Assembly (NCBI RefSeq): GCF_009914755.1
Contig: NC_060934.1
DNA length: 64,000 nt
DNA from: the human T2T-CHM13v2.0 reference genome, Homo sapiens
Direction: 5' to 3' (one strand)
This document shows positions 39,313 through 51,239 of the stretch, in pieces. The notes under the pieces are model-generated. The model made no database searches, was not told the origin of the DNA, and worked only from the letters and a program-made list of their open reading frames with translations. The position numbers and the translations under genes are program-made. How positions within the stretch are numbered: the stretch's first letter is position 1; each line of letters starts with the position of its first letter.

Positions 39313-40193
39313 TTAGAAGTAATAAGGACATCGTTACCGTTAACTATCAGATGCCTGATATACTCATGGAACTATTCCCTATTGTTATGATTACCAGTGT
39401 GCCTGCTCTCTTTTCTACGAAAAAACCTGGGCCTGTGGATTGCTCATTCCTCTCCAGCTGTCTGCATATTCTTCATATGCCAGCTCATCTCTCCAACGGA
39501 AACACAAGGCACCAGCAATACCATGTCCACGCTAAACCAGCAAGACACATTGAGTATAAGCCTGGACTATCATGCTGGCCACCATGAGGATAGGCAGCAG
39601 TGGTGTCTTCACGGCCTATAAAATCTTTCCATCTTGGATCTCAAAGCATCTACAACTATGAGACTGAAACCCCTGCCTCTACCTCTCCATTTGGGCAAGA
39701 GTTGGTGCTACCGAAAGAAGACGAATGGCTGCATATTTTAGGAAAGCGTATGTTTTTTCCTTAATCTCAACCATCTGGAGATTTTTAACATTCCATATTC
39801 TTTACAGAATTCTACATAAGAGGTCAGTTTAATTTTTTAAGAGTTGTTTAAACATCCCAAGTAACACTGTAAGCCCCCAAACAAGAAACGGCTCTCGGGC
39901 TAGACCAGGGAAAAGCACATGGATTGTTCGTGTTTAGTCTAGTACGGTGGATCTCCTCCTTGGCTGCACCTGAAAGAAAGTGACGGCTGAGTCTCACTGA
40001 CCTGTCTTCCCCATCCCAGCGTCGTTGTTTGGTTTTGTCTCATTTTGTCTTTAGGATCTACAGATGAGGCTAATGTGGCAGCAGGGCTCAAGAACCACCA
40101 GATGAGAACTATCTGTGTTTGATGATAAGGGCAGGCTTGGATGTTACCCTCTCAGTATTCTCAGTGCTCTTCCCTGCTAGAATTAGAAACAGA

Positions 40194-40514
<321 letters not shown>

Positions 40515-40523
40515 TCAGCCCTG

Positions 40524-41076
40524 GTCATGGGTTGAACAGTGTCCCCTGCCTCTCCTGAGAAAAAAAGAGTCCTCTTCTCCAGTACCTGTGAATGTGGCCT
40601 TATTTGGAAATAGGGTTCTCGCAGTTGATCAAGCTAAGATGAGGTCATTAGGGTGGGCCCTAATCCAAAGTAATTGTGTTCTTATAATAAGGACAAATTA
40701 TCTGTGTTACAGTTCGTTTTGAATTTGTCTAGCAGGTTTTCTGGTTTTTACCAGAACTTAATCCTGATACCCCTCAAAAAGGGGCACATTTTGACACAGA
40801 GACAGACAAGCATACTGGGAAAATGCTGTATGAAGCTGAAGGCAGAGATTGGGGTGATGCTTCTGCAAATGAAGAAACCCCAAAGATTGCCACCAAACCA
40901 CCAGAAGCTAAGAGGGAGGCATGGAACAGATTCTCCCTCACAGCCCTCAGAAGGAACCACCCTGCCGACACCTTGACTTCGGACTTTTAAACTCCAGAAC
41001 AGTGAGACTGTAAGTTTCGGTGTTTAAACCACCCGGTTTGTGTACTTTGTTATGGCAGCCCCAGGAAACTGATATA
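40524..41076 (+). mobile_element. MLT1C-like solo LTR interrupted by a U7 retrocopy
   Basis: gtacctgtgaatgtggccttatttggaaataggg...ccaccagaagctaagagggaggcatggaacagattctccctcacagccctcagaaggaacc...ggaaactgatata. Confidence 0.9.
40702..40774 (+). pseudogene. U7 snRNA retropseudogene (RNU7-type)
   Basis: ctgtgttacagttcgttttgaatttgtctagcaggttttctggtttttaccagaa matches recalled human U7 at about 48/56; U7-specific Sm site AATTTGTCTAG at 40722-40732; 3' hairpin; terminal acccct then A run. Confidence 0.9.
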
Positions 41077-41381
41077 CCTGGTGATTCAATTCACTGCACT
41101 TTCAAGGCCCAGGCAGTTGAAGCCTAGGAGATGAGGCCTCACCCTTGACCATATGCAGTCCACCTTAAAGAGTGGCAAAGTGAGGACTGCAAGCTGGTGG
41201 TGGCATTTGATCTGAGCTTTGGAGGAGGAGTGTTTTTTTGATGAGTGAAGGGAAGCAAAGATATGGAAGTAAAGGTATTGCAAAGGGAGGGGCTACCTCT
41301 GCAGCAAGTCAGGGGGTCTGATGGAAGGCAAGAAGAGCAGCCACTGCCTTGGAATCAGCAACAAATCTTGTACCCTGAGAC

Positions 41382-41451
41382 TGTGTGTGTGTGCATGTGT
41401 ACGTGTGTGTTGTGTGTGTTGTGTATTTTGTGTGTGTGTGTGTGTGTGTGC
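41382..41451. repeat. Imperfect (TG)n
   Basis: Interrupted TG run. Confidence 0.9.
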
Positions 41452-42699
41452 ATAACACAGATTACTTCAACTTGGGAACTTGTCTGACCGATCCAATTTC
41501 TCTTCCACAGACTCAAACTCACTGCTCCAAGCACTATCCTAAGTCACTTGGCCCCCAAGTGTGTGTGTGTGTTGGGGGTTGGGAGTTGGGCCAAATTGAA
41601 AATAACAAAAATAATGTGAACACCCATAGAAAGCATATTCTGAATGAAGCACTCTGTTAAATCACATTTGCTCCTACGATGACCCAGTGGATCTTGGAGG
41701 CTATTCTTATCCCCATTTAACAGATGAGAAAAAGATAAAGCTCTAAAAATGGAGTCAGAGCTCCATGGTTCGATCCTACGTGTTTACCGCTACGCTGTAT
41801 CGCTCCCTAGCTTATGCCTGGGGATTACTCCTGGGGAGGGGTGTGTGAAGGGAGATGGAGAGATGAAGACTGACTTAAACCAAATGCACACCTTTGCTTG
41901 ACTGATGCAGAGATACGGGGGTTAGAGCAACCTGGGAGGCTCCACGCCTGTGTGGGCGCACAGCTGCCTGCTGACTGTTTCCAGTCCCCCTTCTGACGGT
42001 TCCCCATAGGCTGGAGAAATCCACTCAAAGCAGGGTGTGCTCTCCGATGGAAATCCAGCCTTGTTCTTCCACTCAAGTACTATAGGGGAAAGCAGAGAAG
42101 GGAAGGGAAAGACACATAGAAAGTTTCAGCATATGAGTAGCATTTGCAATGTAATCTATGTGTTCTGAGCCAAGTTACTGTACACACTCTGGGGAGAATT
42201 AAAAATAAATGACGAAACATTTTGAAACATGGCTTATACCTAATTAATCATGGAACTTAAGGAACAAAGAATGCATTTCTTCAAAATTTTCAGCATTTTC
42301 TCTATTAAGTGGAGGAGGTGGGGGAGGGGAGGGAAAATCTCCATGCCCTGTAATGGATACACTGTGCACTTCATTTGGGGGAAAGAATCTCTTAATCTTC
42401 TTTGGCCTCCTGCAACCTCTGAATCCTTACATCTTTAATACTTCATGTTGAGCATTTTCATATTAAAGGAACTGAAAGTTTCCAGATCATGAAATATTCC
42501 TTAGCTTTTTGTCTCTTGATCCCTTAGCCTAAACAATACCGGTTTTGGAGATTATGAGATCACCAGGCATTTCTTAAGTACCCATGATATTGTGCCCTGG
42601 GATTCCCGTGTCCTTTTTCTATGCCGCCGCCACCCAGAGACATCTGTGGGCACGTCCCGCTTTGAAGGCAAAGCTTTTGTACTATGTCCATGTTACTCC

Positions 42700-42845
42700 A
42701 CATGCCCTCCGACTCAGGAGCCTTGATTTCCTCATTTGTAAAATGGGGATAATAATAGATAGCTCATTGATTTAATGTGAATGTTAAATAAAATAATGAC
42801 ACAAAAGAACTTAGCCTAGTGCCTAGAACATAACCACTCAATAAT
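42700..42845 (+). mobile_element. MIR 3' half
   Basis: gccttgatttcctcatttgtaaaatggggataataatag...agtgcctagaacataaccactcaataa. Confidence 0.85.
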
Positions 42846-43271
42846 GGAGTGTGTGACTGAATTTTCCGAATTCGTTTTTCATTCTCTTCCTATCCATGGA
42901 TTTGACTGAGTCCCATCTTGCAAGGCCATCCAAGGCACTTCTTTAGAGCCCTGTCTCACCAGTAACAGAGGTGGGAGTCAAAGATGACTTTGCACTTAGT
43001 AGCCAATGTCTTCACTGCTCCTATGGGAAGCCAGAGTTTTACTCTTTCCCCTGAATTTTCCCACAGTTATTCCATGAGCTAGTTATGGACACAACTTAAG
43101 GGGAACTGGAGATGTGTGTGTGTGTTCATTCCAAACAGTGTCACTGATTGACAGCATGGCTTTGGATAAGCTGATCAGGTTGCTTTGATGCAGATTCTCC
43201 ACCCCCACCCCACACCTTTGTTGAAAAAGAACCAAAAAATAATACATACTGTATTAAATTATTAAAGGGGT

Positions 43272-43598
43272 TGTAAGTAAAACCTGAAGCCTGAACTCCT
43301 TCCTTCCCCAGCCCCATGTAAAGATTGAGAAGGAAGAAGATACTGGAGTCTGGGGTTCAGTGGTAGGACTCAAGTGCCAATGGAGGTGGTGCCAGGGGCA
43401 GCATCATAACTGGATTGTGCCCAAGGTCTGGTGTCAGCTATGTTCTTTGCCCTCTAACCTCCCTTGGTTCCAGCTCATTTTTCATCTCAGCTCTCCAGCA
43501 TTTCTTCAGACTCTGTAAGCTGCCCACATCTTCCCTATATATTCCTTTTCTGCTTAACTGTCACTGTTACTTTGCTTGCAAACAAAAACCTAGACTGA
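43272..43598 (+). mobile_element. LTR33/41-like ERVL LTR
   Basis: 3' end ctgtaagctgccc...attccttttctgcttaa...gcttgcaaacaaaaacctagactga. Confidence 0.6.
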
Positions 43599-45000
43599 GA
43601 AAAAAAAAATAAGATCTTCTCAGCACCTACTGTGAGCCAACTACTTTGCAGGTTGAGGAACTGAGACACGGAGAGTTGAGTTAAGGTGACGTGCCTAGGT
43701 CACCAAACCTGTTAGAGGTGGTACTGTGATCTGAACCCCCATCTGTCTACATTTCCATTGGGTTTTCTCAGCAAAAAGATACTCTTGAAAAGTAAACCTC
43801 CAGTCCATAACCACCCACATCTGCATTGAACTTGCCTCATAGCTAGGGCCTTTGGAGGGTTATAGTTGCGACCCAGACACATTTTCTTCCCCCACTCCCG
43901 CCTTAACTTGGTGATTGGCTGTTGTAAATTGCATCGAAAGTGATACGCCTTTCAGTGCTGAGAACCATCATGGGTCTGTGCCTATGATGTAAGGGGGAAA
44001 GGGATCCAAACAGTCGAGCAACATGAGTTTGTGTCTTTTGTAACAACTGTGCATTGCTTGTGTGTGCTGCTAATTATTCCTGATTCACATGCCCTCAGTT
44101 GATGCTTTTGGAAATTAAATGGGCATGCCTTGTATGGTGTGGAGAGAGAGGCTTGCTCATTTTCTCTCCTTTCACACACTGCCCTTATGCCTGCTGTTGC
44201 TCCAACAAGTGGCATCATCCTTAGTTCCTGACATCCCAACATGGGCAGTCAGATGTTGCTGTCTGCTTTCAGAATTACAAACCCACCCACTTGTACTTCT
44301 TTGCAGGAGTGAGGTAGCTTGCCAAAGAACGGGAAGTCACCAGAGTGAACATTGTGGAGCCATTGACACCATGTTCTGTTTCTTAACCAAGGAGGAGGCT
44401 AGCCACTCTCTGGGCACCTAACTTGCAACAGCTCCCCTGGAGATAGACCCACATAAAACCATTTTATTCTTGACATCACTCCAGCATTTCTGCAGAGCAT
44501 CAGTCTGGACAGAACTTGGTATTCTTGCTTCTTTTCCACTGACTTTTTAAGAAGCCAGTTATTGAAGATCCAGGGTAATAAAAGCAGCTTGAACTTCATT
44601 ACCCTCTCTCCAGCATTAGATACTGAAGGCCACGGTGAGTGATACTGTGTATAAAATACGAAGCAGAGAATTAAATGCAACTTGATGGTACATGTTGTAT
44701 CTTAATGAAAACAAAGGCTCAGGAACACTATTTGTGAACGTGTTACCCAATAAAGTGTTAGCAATGGAGCTCATAAAGCTGCCAGCCAGATTTAACCATT
44801 GTGTGGAGCTCTGTTCAGTTGGGCTGGGCAGAGAGAGTGAGGTCTGTTCCCTTTATCACAGTCACTGGAGGTTTTTATTTAAAACACATGGAAGAAAGAC
44901 ACTTGGGTTTGGCACCAAAATGTCTTGTGGTAAAGGAAAAAAAATTAGAAATATCCAAAAGTACTTAAAAAAAAACTAGGGGGAAAAAAAAACATATGTG

Positions 45001-45700
45001 AAGAAATTAAGATGGGCTGACATAGGGTGCCGCGTTAGCCGTTTAAAGTGATGGCGAAAGCAGAGAGCAACGGGCTTTCTCCACGGCAGCTGATAGACAC
45101 GAGCAATTGAGCAGTTCATACCCTCTCTGTTGTCCCTGTCACAAGATTTGTAGGTCATTCTCAGCCAGCCATGGGGGCTAAAGGGCACAGGTTGCGACCT
45201 GCTGATTTACCAAAGTATGATCAACTCACACAAATTATAGGCGTAAGAGAGGCCTGACAACTTCAATATGATGCGCAATGAGCACAATTATTTGTGACAT
45301 GTGAAACCAGTGTGAGACCGTAATTCTGTCACTGCATGACAAGGCATTATTAGCCGGGGCAGGCAGCGGCTTGAACCAGGAGCAGCTGGAGGAGAGGCAG
45401 GGAAAGAGAGAGGGCTCCATAGGGGAAGGCCCGTGACGGGCTTTCTCTCCCAGAGTGGCAAATAGCAATGGCCCCTTTGTGGAATGTGGAGCCGCTCAGG
45501 AGGATGAAGTCGCCCTATTGCTATCTGGTCTGTTGGATAATAAAGGAGCGTTTGGTGGGAAGGGCAGAGGGGAAAGCACACCCTGTGGGCCTGGGGCTGT
45601 GCACAACCAAGGTGTCTTCGTTGAAATCGGGCGTGGTATTTTTCATGAGGCCAACTGAGGTGTTGTTTCTAGTGGGCCAGATGAGGTGGAGTCGGGAGGA
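45001..45700. promoter_or_regulatory. Candidate enhancer / conserved non-coding element (CpG-retaining, repeat-free)
   Basis: About 21 CpG counted in 45001-45660; TGATTTAC (45203), RORE-like ATTTGTAGGTCA (45146-45157), C/EBP-like ATGCGCAAT (45271). Confidence 0.5.
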
Positions 45701-46852
45701 CAGGGAAGGACAGAGTTTCTCTTGCTGAGCAAATGCCTCTGCTCCACCAGGCTTCCCTCCTGTCACGTCCTGCCTGGAACGTGCAGTCTGACTGCTGAGT
45801 GCAGGAGGAGGCAGAACTCAGGTCCCCTGGGTTTTCCCCTGTCCTTAGAGATCTTGCTCCCTGTACCATAGTGGCTGGGCAGCTCAAGGAAAGTGCAGGT
45901 ATACACTTCCCTTCTGGTGATGGCCATAGATGTTTCTGCCTAAGGGTATAGGACAGGTGGGTGGCTGTTCCCAGCAACTGGACCCAAGTAAGGCAGAGCT
46001 TCCTCAGGCTGAGCATGGAAGTCATGGGACAGCTGGGCTGCCAACGAAGCTTTCTGCAAAGGGAGAATCTGGCCCGTGTTCTGCAGGGTCTCCTGCGGAG
46101 GGTAGCAGCTACATTTTGGGCCTTCCTGGCTCAGTGACTTTAAGCCTTGTGTTGAGTAGTGGATGGCCCTGTGACATGCCTTCATACGGTCAATCAGTGT
46201 TCCCTGAGCACCTACTGGGCATCAACCACTGCCCAAACCACAGAGGATCTGAATGCGAAATGCCTCTGTCTGCCTATGAGAGCTCTCTGTCAATGAGGGA
46301 AGATAAGACAAAAACAAATAATTAGAATACGTTATGTGAACAGGTGCATGCATAGGAGTCATGGCTGTACAGGGAAGGCATGGCTGACTTTCTCATATCA
46401 TTCAAGTGTCTATTCAAATACCCCATGCAGAAAGGGCCATTTTGACCACACCATCTAAAATAGGTCTTCTCCCTCTCAGCCTTTACCTCCCTACTCTTCT
46501 TCACTTTCATTGAATTTCTGAAGGCCTGAACCAAGAGCATGTAAACCAAGCATAATTAGCAGCACATACAAATAATACAGGGTGGCTACACAGAGACTGT
46601 TGTCAGCAGAAGTCAGTACTTGACATTATATTATTTTTTTTGATTATTTATTATTCCTCTTATTGCAACGTAAGCTTCAAGAGGGTGGGGACTTTGCCCT
46701 GCTCCCCTCAGAATCCCAATTGCCTCTGCAGTGGTGTCCATAAAGTACTTGCTCAATAAACATGTGTTGAATACAGGAATGGCAAACTTTGTTTTAGGTG
46801 TTCTTGCTTTTACATACATTGACCCGTTAAATCTTCCCAGCAACCTGAGGCA

Positions 46853-47319
46853 AGTCGGTTATCTATTGTTGCATAACAAATCATCCCAGAGACTAAGGCT
46901 TAAAATAACAGTATTTATTATTTCTTACAATTCTGTGGTTTGGCTGGGATTCAGCTGGGCCAGTTCTTCTGCTGGTCTTGCTTAGGGTCTTTCATGAGGC
47001 TGCATTTAGTTTAGAGTTTGGTCAAGCCTTGATGTTCAAATGGTCATTCATCCTCAGGGCATCTGATCATTCATTAGTCTAGGCTGGACTTCCTTAAAGC
47101 CTGGGCTCCAAGGGAGAAGAAGCAGAAGCTTAAGGCCTGGGCTCAGAAGTCTGAGAATGTCACTTCCTCCCCATTCTATTGGCCTGAACAAGTCCTGAGG
47201 CCAGCCCACATTTAAGGAGAGGGTAATAAGTAGACTCCTCCAAAATTAAAGCAAGGAGTGGTGTTCATGAAGAGAGATGGGGAATTATTGGCAGCTGTAC
47301 CTGGAGACTGTCTACTATA
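46853..47319 (-). mobile_element. MLT1G/H-like LTR inserted in a MIR
   Basis: ttatctattgttgcataacaaatcatccc...cacttcctccccattctattggcc...gagactgtctacta; MIR halves at about 46790-46852 and 47369-47505. Confidence 0.8.
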
Positions 47320-47352
47320 CACTTGATCTTAGTCAAAGGGCCAAGAAGCAAT
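47318..47352 (-). pseudogene. 3'-truncated U2 snRNA retropseudogene (U2 nt 1-35)
   Basis: Reverse complement attgcttcttggccctttgactaagatcaagtgta is 31/35 to the U2 5' end; direct repeats gactgtctactata (47306-47319) and gactctctactata (47355-47368). Confidence 0.9.
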
Positions 47353-48194
47353 AGGACTCTCTACTATATTATAATTAACCTTGCTTCACAGTGGAGAAAC
47401 TAAGACTTCAAGGGATAAAGAAAAGTGCCCAAGAGCACAGAAGAAACGAGTGGCAGAACTAGGATGTCAATTTCAGAACAGTCTAATTCCAAATTCAATG
47501 TTCTTTGCTTACTGATGACTGTTCTTAATAGCTCTTCTTGAATCTCACATGGTAGACTGATAGCCCCCATAGCCACCCCTCTGCTTTTTTACTTTCTTAG
47601 CATAGTGGCCAGCGTTTAGGGAAGGATAGAATATTACAGACCCAGAATTTCTTCCAGCCTCCACAACTAATTAACTGTATAAGTTTCTGAACCATTCTGA
47701 GTGTTTCTTCCTTTTCTGTGAAATGGGATAGTAAAGATACCTGCCACACAAGATTTGGGGGAGGCTTTAATGAGACAATATAAGTAAGGTACTCTGTACA
47801 ATGCAGGCACCTGAGTTTTAAGGTGCCACATGTGTCTCCAGCTGAACCCAAAACGAGCCTTCACAGACGAGTTTTGTAATTATATCGGGTCATTGAGCAC
47901 ACACCCACATTTAATTTTAATCCAAAGATATGCTCTGATATCAGCAAGACTGCTTCTAAGGAACTGGCTTGGTCTAGGATATGGTCATCACACTCACTGC
48001 TGTGAGACTCTGTCTAGTTGTCCTGACTTCCTGTACCTATAGAGAATGTTTCACCAAAAAAGGGGATGAACAGAAATATATGTAGCTCTGATGGTGGGAT
48101 TTAAGATAGGTATAAATCTAAGTATCAGAAAGCTAGAGGGATAAAATGAATAAATATCCCCTGAGGACAACTTGTGCCTCATCCTGGGTGCCCG

Positions 48195-48720
48195 GGATTA
48201 GTCAAGACTCTTTTGGTTATTAGAGATGACATGCCAACACTGATTCCAGCCAGCTTAAGCAAAAGGGGGGAATTAATGGTCGGGCATGGCTGGACTCAGG
48301 GGCTTATACAGCGTTGTCAGAAATCACTCATCACCATTGCTCAGTTCTGCTTCTCTAGTGCCCTCTGTTGTAGCCAGGCTTTTTCCTGGGCAGCCTTTGA
48401 TTTGCCTCTAGTTCTATGACCCAAATAGTAGCTTCCTTCTCTTCCTATTTCACATATATACACCGAATTATAATTGGCTGAGGTTGAGTCAGATGTGCTT
48501 CTTGACCAATCACAGAGTCCTAGAAAGTGGAATCTGTTTGGCTAGCCTATGTCAGGACTCACAAAGTAGAATCTAATTGCCTAGTTTGTGTCAGGGCTCG
48601 CAAAGTGAAATCTAATTGACTTGGCTGTCAGGGCCCCCTCCGTGGCCCAGGGGCAGGACTTCCGTGATTAGTCCCCCTGTGGATGAAGGGACAGCTCTGC
48701 CGAGGAAGTGGGGGGTACAC
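48195..48720 (-). mobile_element. MLT1K/L-like LTR
   Basis: ttagtcaagactcttttggtt...cagcttaagcaaaaggggggaatt...ggcatggctggactcagggg. Confidence 0.65.
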
Positions 48721-50499
48721 TTAGCAAGTTGTCTTGAAGGCAGTTCCAATGTAGCTAAGCTCTAGATTTACCAACATCTCTGGGAAAAGACATTTGTAAG
48801 TGTGAACACAGTCCATGTAGCTGCTCCTCCGTGGTTTGGGTGAAGGGCATTTTCCTATTGATAATCCCTTTGTGCCCCACTTGCTATGTTTATTTATGGA
48901 TATTTATTTTCCTACCAGTTGAAGGAAGTACTAAAAATAGGGGTATAACCATCAACCAAAGTTCCCAGCTTCTAATTTAACAGCCAAATGTCACAACATT
49001 TATTTTGCATCCCCTGGATTAACCAGCTCACTTAGTAAGCCAACGTTTGTGAAAAAGATTATATTTCTTTTATTTGTTCCCAAATGTTGCCATTGTATAC
49101 AAAAATGAGACAGTGTTCCTTTTGGGGAGAAGTTTCTACTTTGGGTTTAAACCAAACAAAATAATATTTAAGGCAACATTAAATAAATTATTTATCATGT
49201 TGGTCAACGTTTTGGGGAATATAGCTTAGATAAACATATTTTTAAGGTCAGCCACTCTAAGGGCTGGGTTTTATAAAAACAACCTCTGAGGAGCTTTAAT
49301 AAATCTTTTAAAAAGAAAAAAAAAGTCAAGCACTTGTTTTCATTGCTGAATCATTTCTATTGCTAAATAATGGCCATTCAAGAGGTAAGCTTCGCCAGGA
49401 GGTCCTGATAGCCACACTGAGAAACTCACATATTATGAAAAATCTGGGTGATGGCAGGCATTGTTGGCCATGCTTAGATTTCTGTTAAAGCAACCCAGTC
49501 CTTTGGTTGCATTTTAAATCAGATCAATGGACAGAGCTATCTGATTTGGGTCATAAAACTGTCAAATGAAGATAAATTCATTCCTAGTCAATGGGAGACT
49601 TCAGAGTAGAAGTAGAATATATGTAAGTAAGAAATAATGTATTTCTATTCCCTCAAAATAAACAGGATTACCAGATTCATTGAGTGCATTTAATTCACCT
49701 CCTGGGTCTTCCATCTCTTCAAATTACAGCCAAAGGCATCTTTTGGACTCATTTCAATAGAAGTGGTATTCCTAATGGTATTCCTCAGTCAAGGAGGGGT
49801 ATGGGGAGGAAAGAAAGTTTGGATTAGAAGAAATGGAAATGGAAGGAGAGGGCCAAAGAGACCAGTAAGAAAGGGAGAGCACCAGGAGGAGAGGAGAGGC
49901 AGAAACAGGACATGGAGAAAACCCACCTTCGCAGGGACTGGGGAGAGACCAGCTTTGAGGCACTGCTCACTGTGGCTCTGGTTTCATTTTTGGAGTGGTT
50001 AGTAATCTGCCTGAAACTTGATGGGCTCACATGACCAGTTCTTATCTATGCAAAGAGGCAGTTTCCCTGGTTCTGGTCCCAGTTCCCCATGGTTTTGAAA
50101 GGAGAGCTGGGGTGGGGAATGAGCCCAGAGATTCTGAGTCTTGTCTCTTCCAAGGGTGGAGCCTGCAGCAGAATTTCATGGTTTCAAAAAAGAAGATTAT
50201 TTCTGTTTATAAGTGAGAAGGAATGTCACTAAGGAGTTGAAGAAGTTGAGGTTTCATTACCATAAATTGCCTTAGGGCTTGAATGTTCAGGAGAAGAGAG
50301 CCTGACTAACCACATCTGGGGCTTGAGGTTTTTTTGAACTGGTAATAAAAATAATCTCTGCAAAATATTTTGAAAATATTTGATAAACACAAGACTGAGG
50401 CTGCTGCCTACATACATGAATTTTTTTTAAAAAAATGTTTGAATTCAGATTAGCAACCTGTTAGCAACCAGCCAGTACTTGGGTTATACACAAAAGGGA

Positions 50500-50690
50500 A
50501 TGTAGAAATGCAGGTTTCAGAGCAATGTGATACTGAGTCCAAATCCCAGCTCTGTCATTTATTAGTGGTATAACCATGGACATTCTACTTCACTTCTTTG
50601 TGCCTCAGTGTTGTCGTCCATAAAATGGAAATAAGTGCTCTTTCAAAGAGTATCCATGGGAAATGAACAAGGCAAATTGTATGGAAATTA
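50500..50690 (+). mobile_element. MIR
   Basis: gtccaaatcccagctctgtcatttattag...cttctttgtgcctcagtg. Confidence 0.75.
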
Positions 50691-50724
50691 TATTATAACA
50701 GAAAATTATATAAACTATATAAAT

Positions 50725-51239
50725 TATAATAGAGAACAAAAATGGCACTAATACTTCTGTTCTCCCCATCTACTTACTTTCCTTTGATGTTGCAGATACC
50801 TCATTAAGAGGTAGAGTCGATGTCCCCATCTCTCGAATCTTGGTTAACTATGTGATTTGCGGCATTAGCAAATGCAAAGCAAGCAGAGATTTGAAAATTG
50901 CTTGTCCATTTGAACTTTCTCTCTCTTGCTGGGCTTGGAACACTGAGTTGTATGCAGATGAGCCTCAACTAGCCTACTGGAGGATGATAGCCAAGTCCCC
51001 TGCTGATACCCTGTCACCTACCAGTTATGTAGAGAGGCCATTCCAGATCACCCAGCCACTGGCCCACCTATCAACTGACTACTGTGGCATGAGAGGGACC
51101 AGCAACAGAGATTAGCTTAACCAGCTTAGAGCAAAGACCACCCAGCCAACACACAGCATTGAGAGCTAAATTTAAAAGTAATTGTTTTAAGCCACAAAGT
51201 TGTGGGGTGGTTTGCTATACAGCAAAAGTAAATTCATCA
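50725..51239 (+). mobile_element. MLT1G-like solo LTR
   Basis: aagaggtagagtc...caagcagagatttgaaaattgcttg...ttgttttaagccacaaagttgtggggtggtttgctatacagc. Confidence 0.8.

Noticed and set aside
48524-48636. Periodic repeats as a CRISPR-like array (also 36268-36359)
   Set aside because: Head-to-tail units with no unique spacers, no cas genes, primate context
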